From Felis catus (taxonomy: Eukaryota), in the NCBI RefSeq assembly GCF_018350175.1, contig NC_058368.1, positions 92,878,001 through 92,942,000 on the forward strand: a stretch of 64,000 nt of DNA, read 5' to 3'. Shown piece by piece: positions 61,807 to 64,000 of this stretch. The notes beneath the pieces were generated by a model. The model was not told the origin of the DNA. It was given only the letters and a program-made list of their open reading frames with translations, and searched no databases. A program made the translations under genes and the position numbers. Each line of letters opens with the position of its first letter. Position 1 is the first letter of the stretch.

Positions 61807-62785
61807 GATTTCCAACACCAAAATCTGATGCTAAATTATTCCCTTTCTAAATGGGAAAAATGAAATTTTGCTAATAATAATTTATGGAAAAGTTGTTTTC
61901 ATATTCTAATAACTGTATATCCAAGAATTTGGTCATGGTAGAGCTATCTTTACACCAGAACTCCAGATTAAAGAAACTAGAATCTTTAATTTCAATATTC
62001 GCTTAGGCCTGAAGGAGCTGAAAATGAAATTAATCTCCCCATCTGATCTATTTTCTTACCATTAGTGAACTGTCTGCCAATACATTTAATTTAGGGCATG
62101 TCAGCAATTACACTCATTTACTTACGCTCATCTGAGAGCCTGCGTATTACCTTTAAAATGCTTCATATGGGCCAACAGTTTTCCTTGAGGCAGACGAAAT
62201 TGAAACAGTATATTTTAGAGGAAATAGCAATTTAAGGATAAATCAGCATCCATAACATAACATAACTAGACTCAATTATCAAAGTCAAGTCCAACTTTCT
62301 CCTTGATCACTTGTAGAAAGAGGTATACTAATGTGGCATGAGGGTTTATGGACTGGATTTTCCTCTGGAGTTATGTGCAGTCCTGTAAGAAAGCCACATG
62401 CAGAGTACAGCCTTATGCTATGAGTCCAGGTTTCACTGGGTATAAATTGAAGCTTCTTAATGTACTTTGCTCCAATATTCAGAAGGAGAAAGGAACAACA
62501 GCATGGATTATTCCTTTGCAGAAAGGGCAAGAAGGTGTGATTATGGACCAGTGGACATAATGAAGAGTAGGGCAAATGAAGCCATTCATAGGTTTGTCAG
62601 AAAGATCCCCTAGGGAACTATGATACCCTGCCAGACCAGATGCCAAAAGGAATGTGGAGGGCCGGGGAGAGCTAGCTGTCCAGCAGAGCCAACCATTAAG
62701 TGCCAGGCAAGTATAACACAAGAAAGAATGTGATAGATGCTACAGGAGAGAAGGTGCAGAATGACTCCTGGCTCAAAAACATGGA

Positions 62786-62906
62786 GGTGCACCTGGCTCA
62801 GTCACTTGAGCATCTGACTCTTGATTTCAGTTCAGGTCAAGATCCCAGGGTTGTGGGATCAAGCCCCACGTCGGACTCTGTGCTGAGCGTGGAGTCTGCC
62901 TAAGAT

Positions 62907-62937
<31 letters not shown>

Positions 62938-62982
62938 GCCCTTCTCCTGATTGTTCTTTCTGTCTCTAAAAATTAGAACAAA
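62786..62982 (+). mobile_element. CanSINE
   Basis: TSD CAAAAACATGGA. Confidence 0.93.
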
Positions 62983-63833
62983 AACATGGAAAGAATATGT
63001 GAATAGTTTCTGATGTGGCATCAGGAATGGCTTTACAAATAGAGTCCAAACTGAACCTTGAAGAGACAGGCTGGATTTTGAAAGGTGACATAGAGATGGA
63101 AAGGCACACCAGGTAGGGAGAACATCTCTGCTGTCCTGAAGGCTCAACCCGATATGACTCCTTTCTCAAAGTCCTTCTTGTCACTTTCAAGTTGCAGGAA
63201 CCACCCTCTCTTCAAGCTTTTGGTGGCCCCTTCTCTAGCATTGGCAGCGTTAGGTCTGGACGATTGCATGCATGTCCCAGTGCCCTTACTGAGACGAAGA
63301 CAGCTTGAAGGCGGGATTCGAGTCAGACTCTGTCATGGAGGGCAGATATCCCGTCGAGTCCTCCAGTCGGAGGAAGTGCCCAGTAACATCAATGCATGAA
63401 TGAGAAAGGCAGACAGCTGTAGAGCCAGCACATCGCGTCCTGGTCTTATTTGAGAATTCTTAGTCTGTTCCCTTAGTGAGATTTTAAGTCCTCTTTTCCA
63501 CCCTTTGGCAATGGACCCTCCTGTGTGTACACACTAACACAAGAGAGAAAGGGAAGGTGGTAGGCAGGCAGGGAGGGGGAGGGAGTGGGAGAGAGAGAAT
63601 TCACTGCCATGCACAGAAACCATAGTGCTCCAGTGACCGCATTCCACACAATGAATGAAAGACCCTGTGCGAACACAGGACTGCCTCTCAGGAACATCTT
63701 TGTGGAAGAACAGTTTAGCAGCGCAGAAAGGATCAGTCGAGTTTTCTTTTCTCCATTAAAACAAAACAAAACAAAAACCTCTAAAGCACATTAAAAGTTT
63801 TAAAACACATTACAAATGAAAAAATATCACTCA

Positions 63834-64000
63834 GGGGCGCCTGGGTGGTTCAATCAGTTAAGCACTGGACTTCAGCTCAAGTCATGATCTCATAGTTTGT
63901 GGGTTTGAGCCCCGCATTGGGCTCTGTTCTGACAGCTCGGAGCCTGGAGCCTGCTTTGGATTCTGTGTCTCCCTGTCTCTGCCCCTACCCCACTCCCTTC
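63834..64000 (+). mobile_element. CanSINE running off the window end
   Basis: Head and body present. Confidence 0.93.

Noticed and set aside
1..64000. Recurrent ORFs of the type WVAQSVK..TSAQVMIS..SSP..GSVLTAQSLEP, and ERER/SLSL-rich ORFs, which look like a repeated protein family
   Set aside because: They are translations of CanSINE bodies and their (CT)n/(GA)n tracts, not genes.

Overview
This is non-coding mammalian genomic DNA, almost certainly from a cat-family (Felidae) genome. It holds about 53 carnivore tRNA-Lys-derived SINEs (CanSINE/SINEC) or fragments, including three young SINEC_Fc-type copies. Other repeats include old and carnivore-specific L1 pieces, L2, MIR, MaLR/ERV LTRs, DNA-transposon fossils and many microsatellites. 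I can support no protein-coding exon, RNA gene, CpG island or CRISPR array. The supplied ORFs are SINE, microsatellite or chance ORFs, apart from a few that overlap fossil retroviral frames. The most informative structure is a ~5.2 kb decayed ERV-L-class provirus on the minus strand (56535-61770) with LTR, gag, protease, RT (YIDD read as YIDG), RNase H and the start of integrase. A solo LTR carrying two convergent CTCF-like motifs has inserted into it. Smaller curiosities are a 30-bp templated insertion copied from 1.7 kb away, perfect AT-rich palindromes, a nested SINE/L1/SINE insertion with an orphan 3' segment, and a 4.8 kb SINE-free, motif-rich interval that may be regulatory. I found no evidence of a new biological system. 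Repeat family names come from recognition by eye, not a database search, and boundaries of old repeats are approximate.
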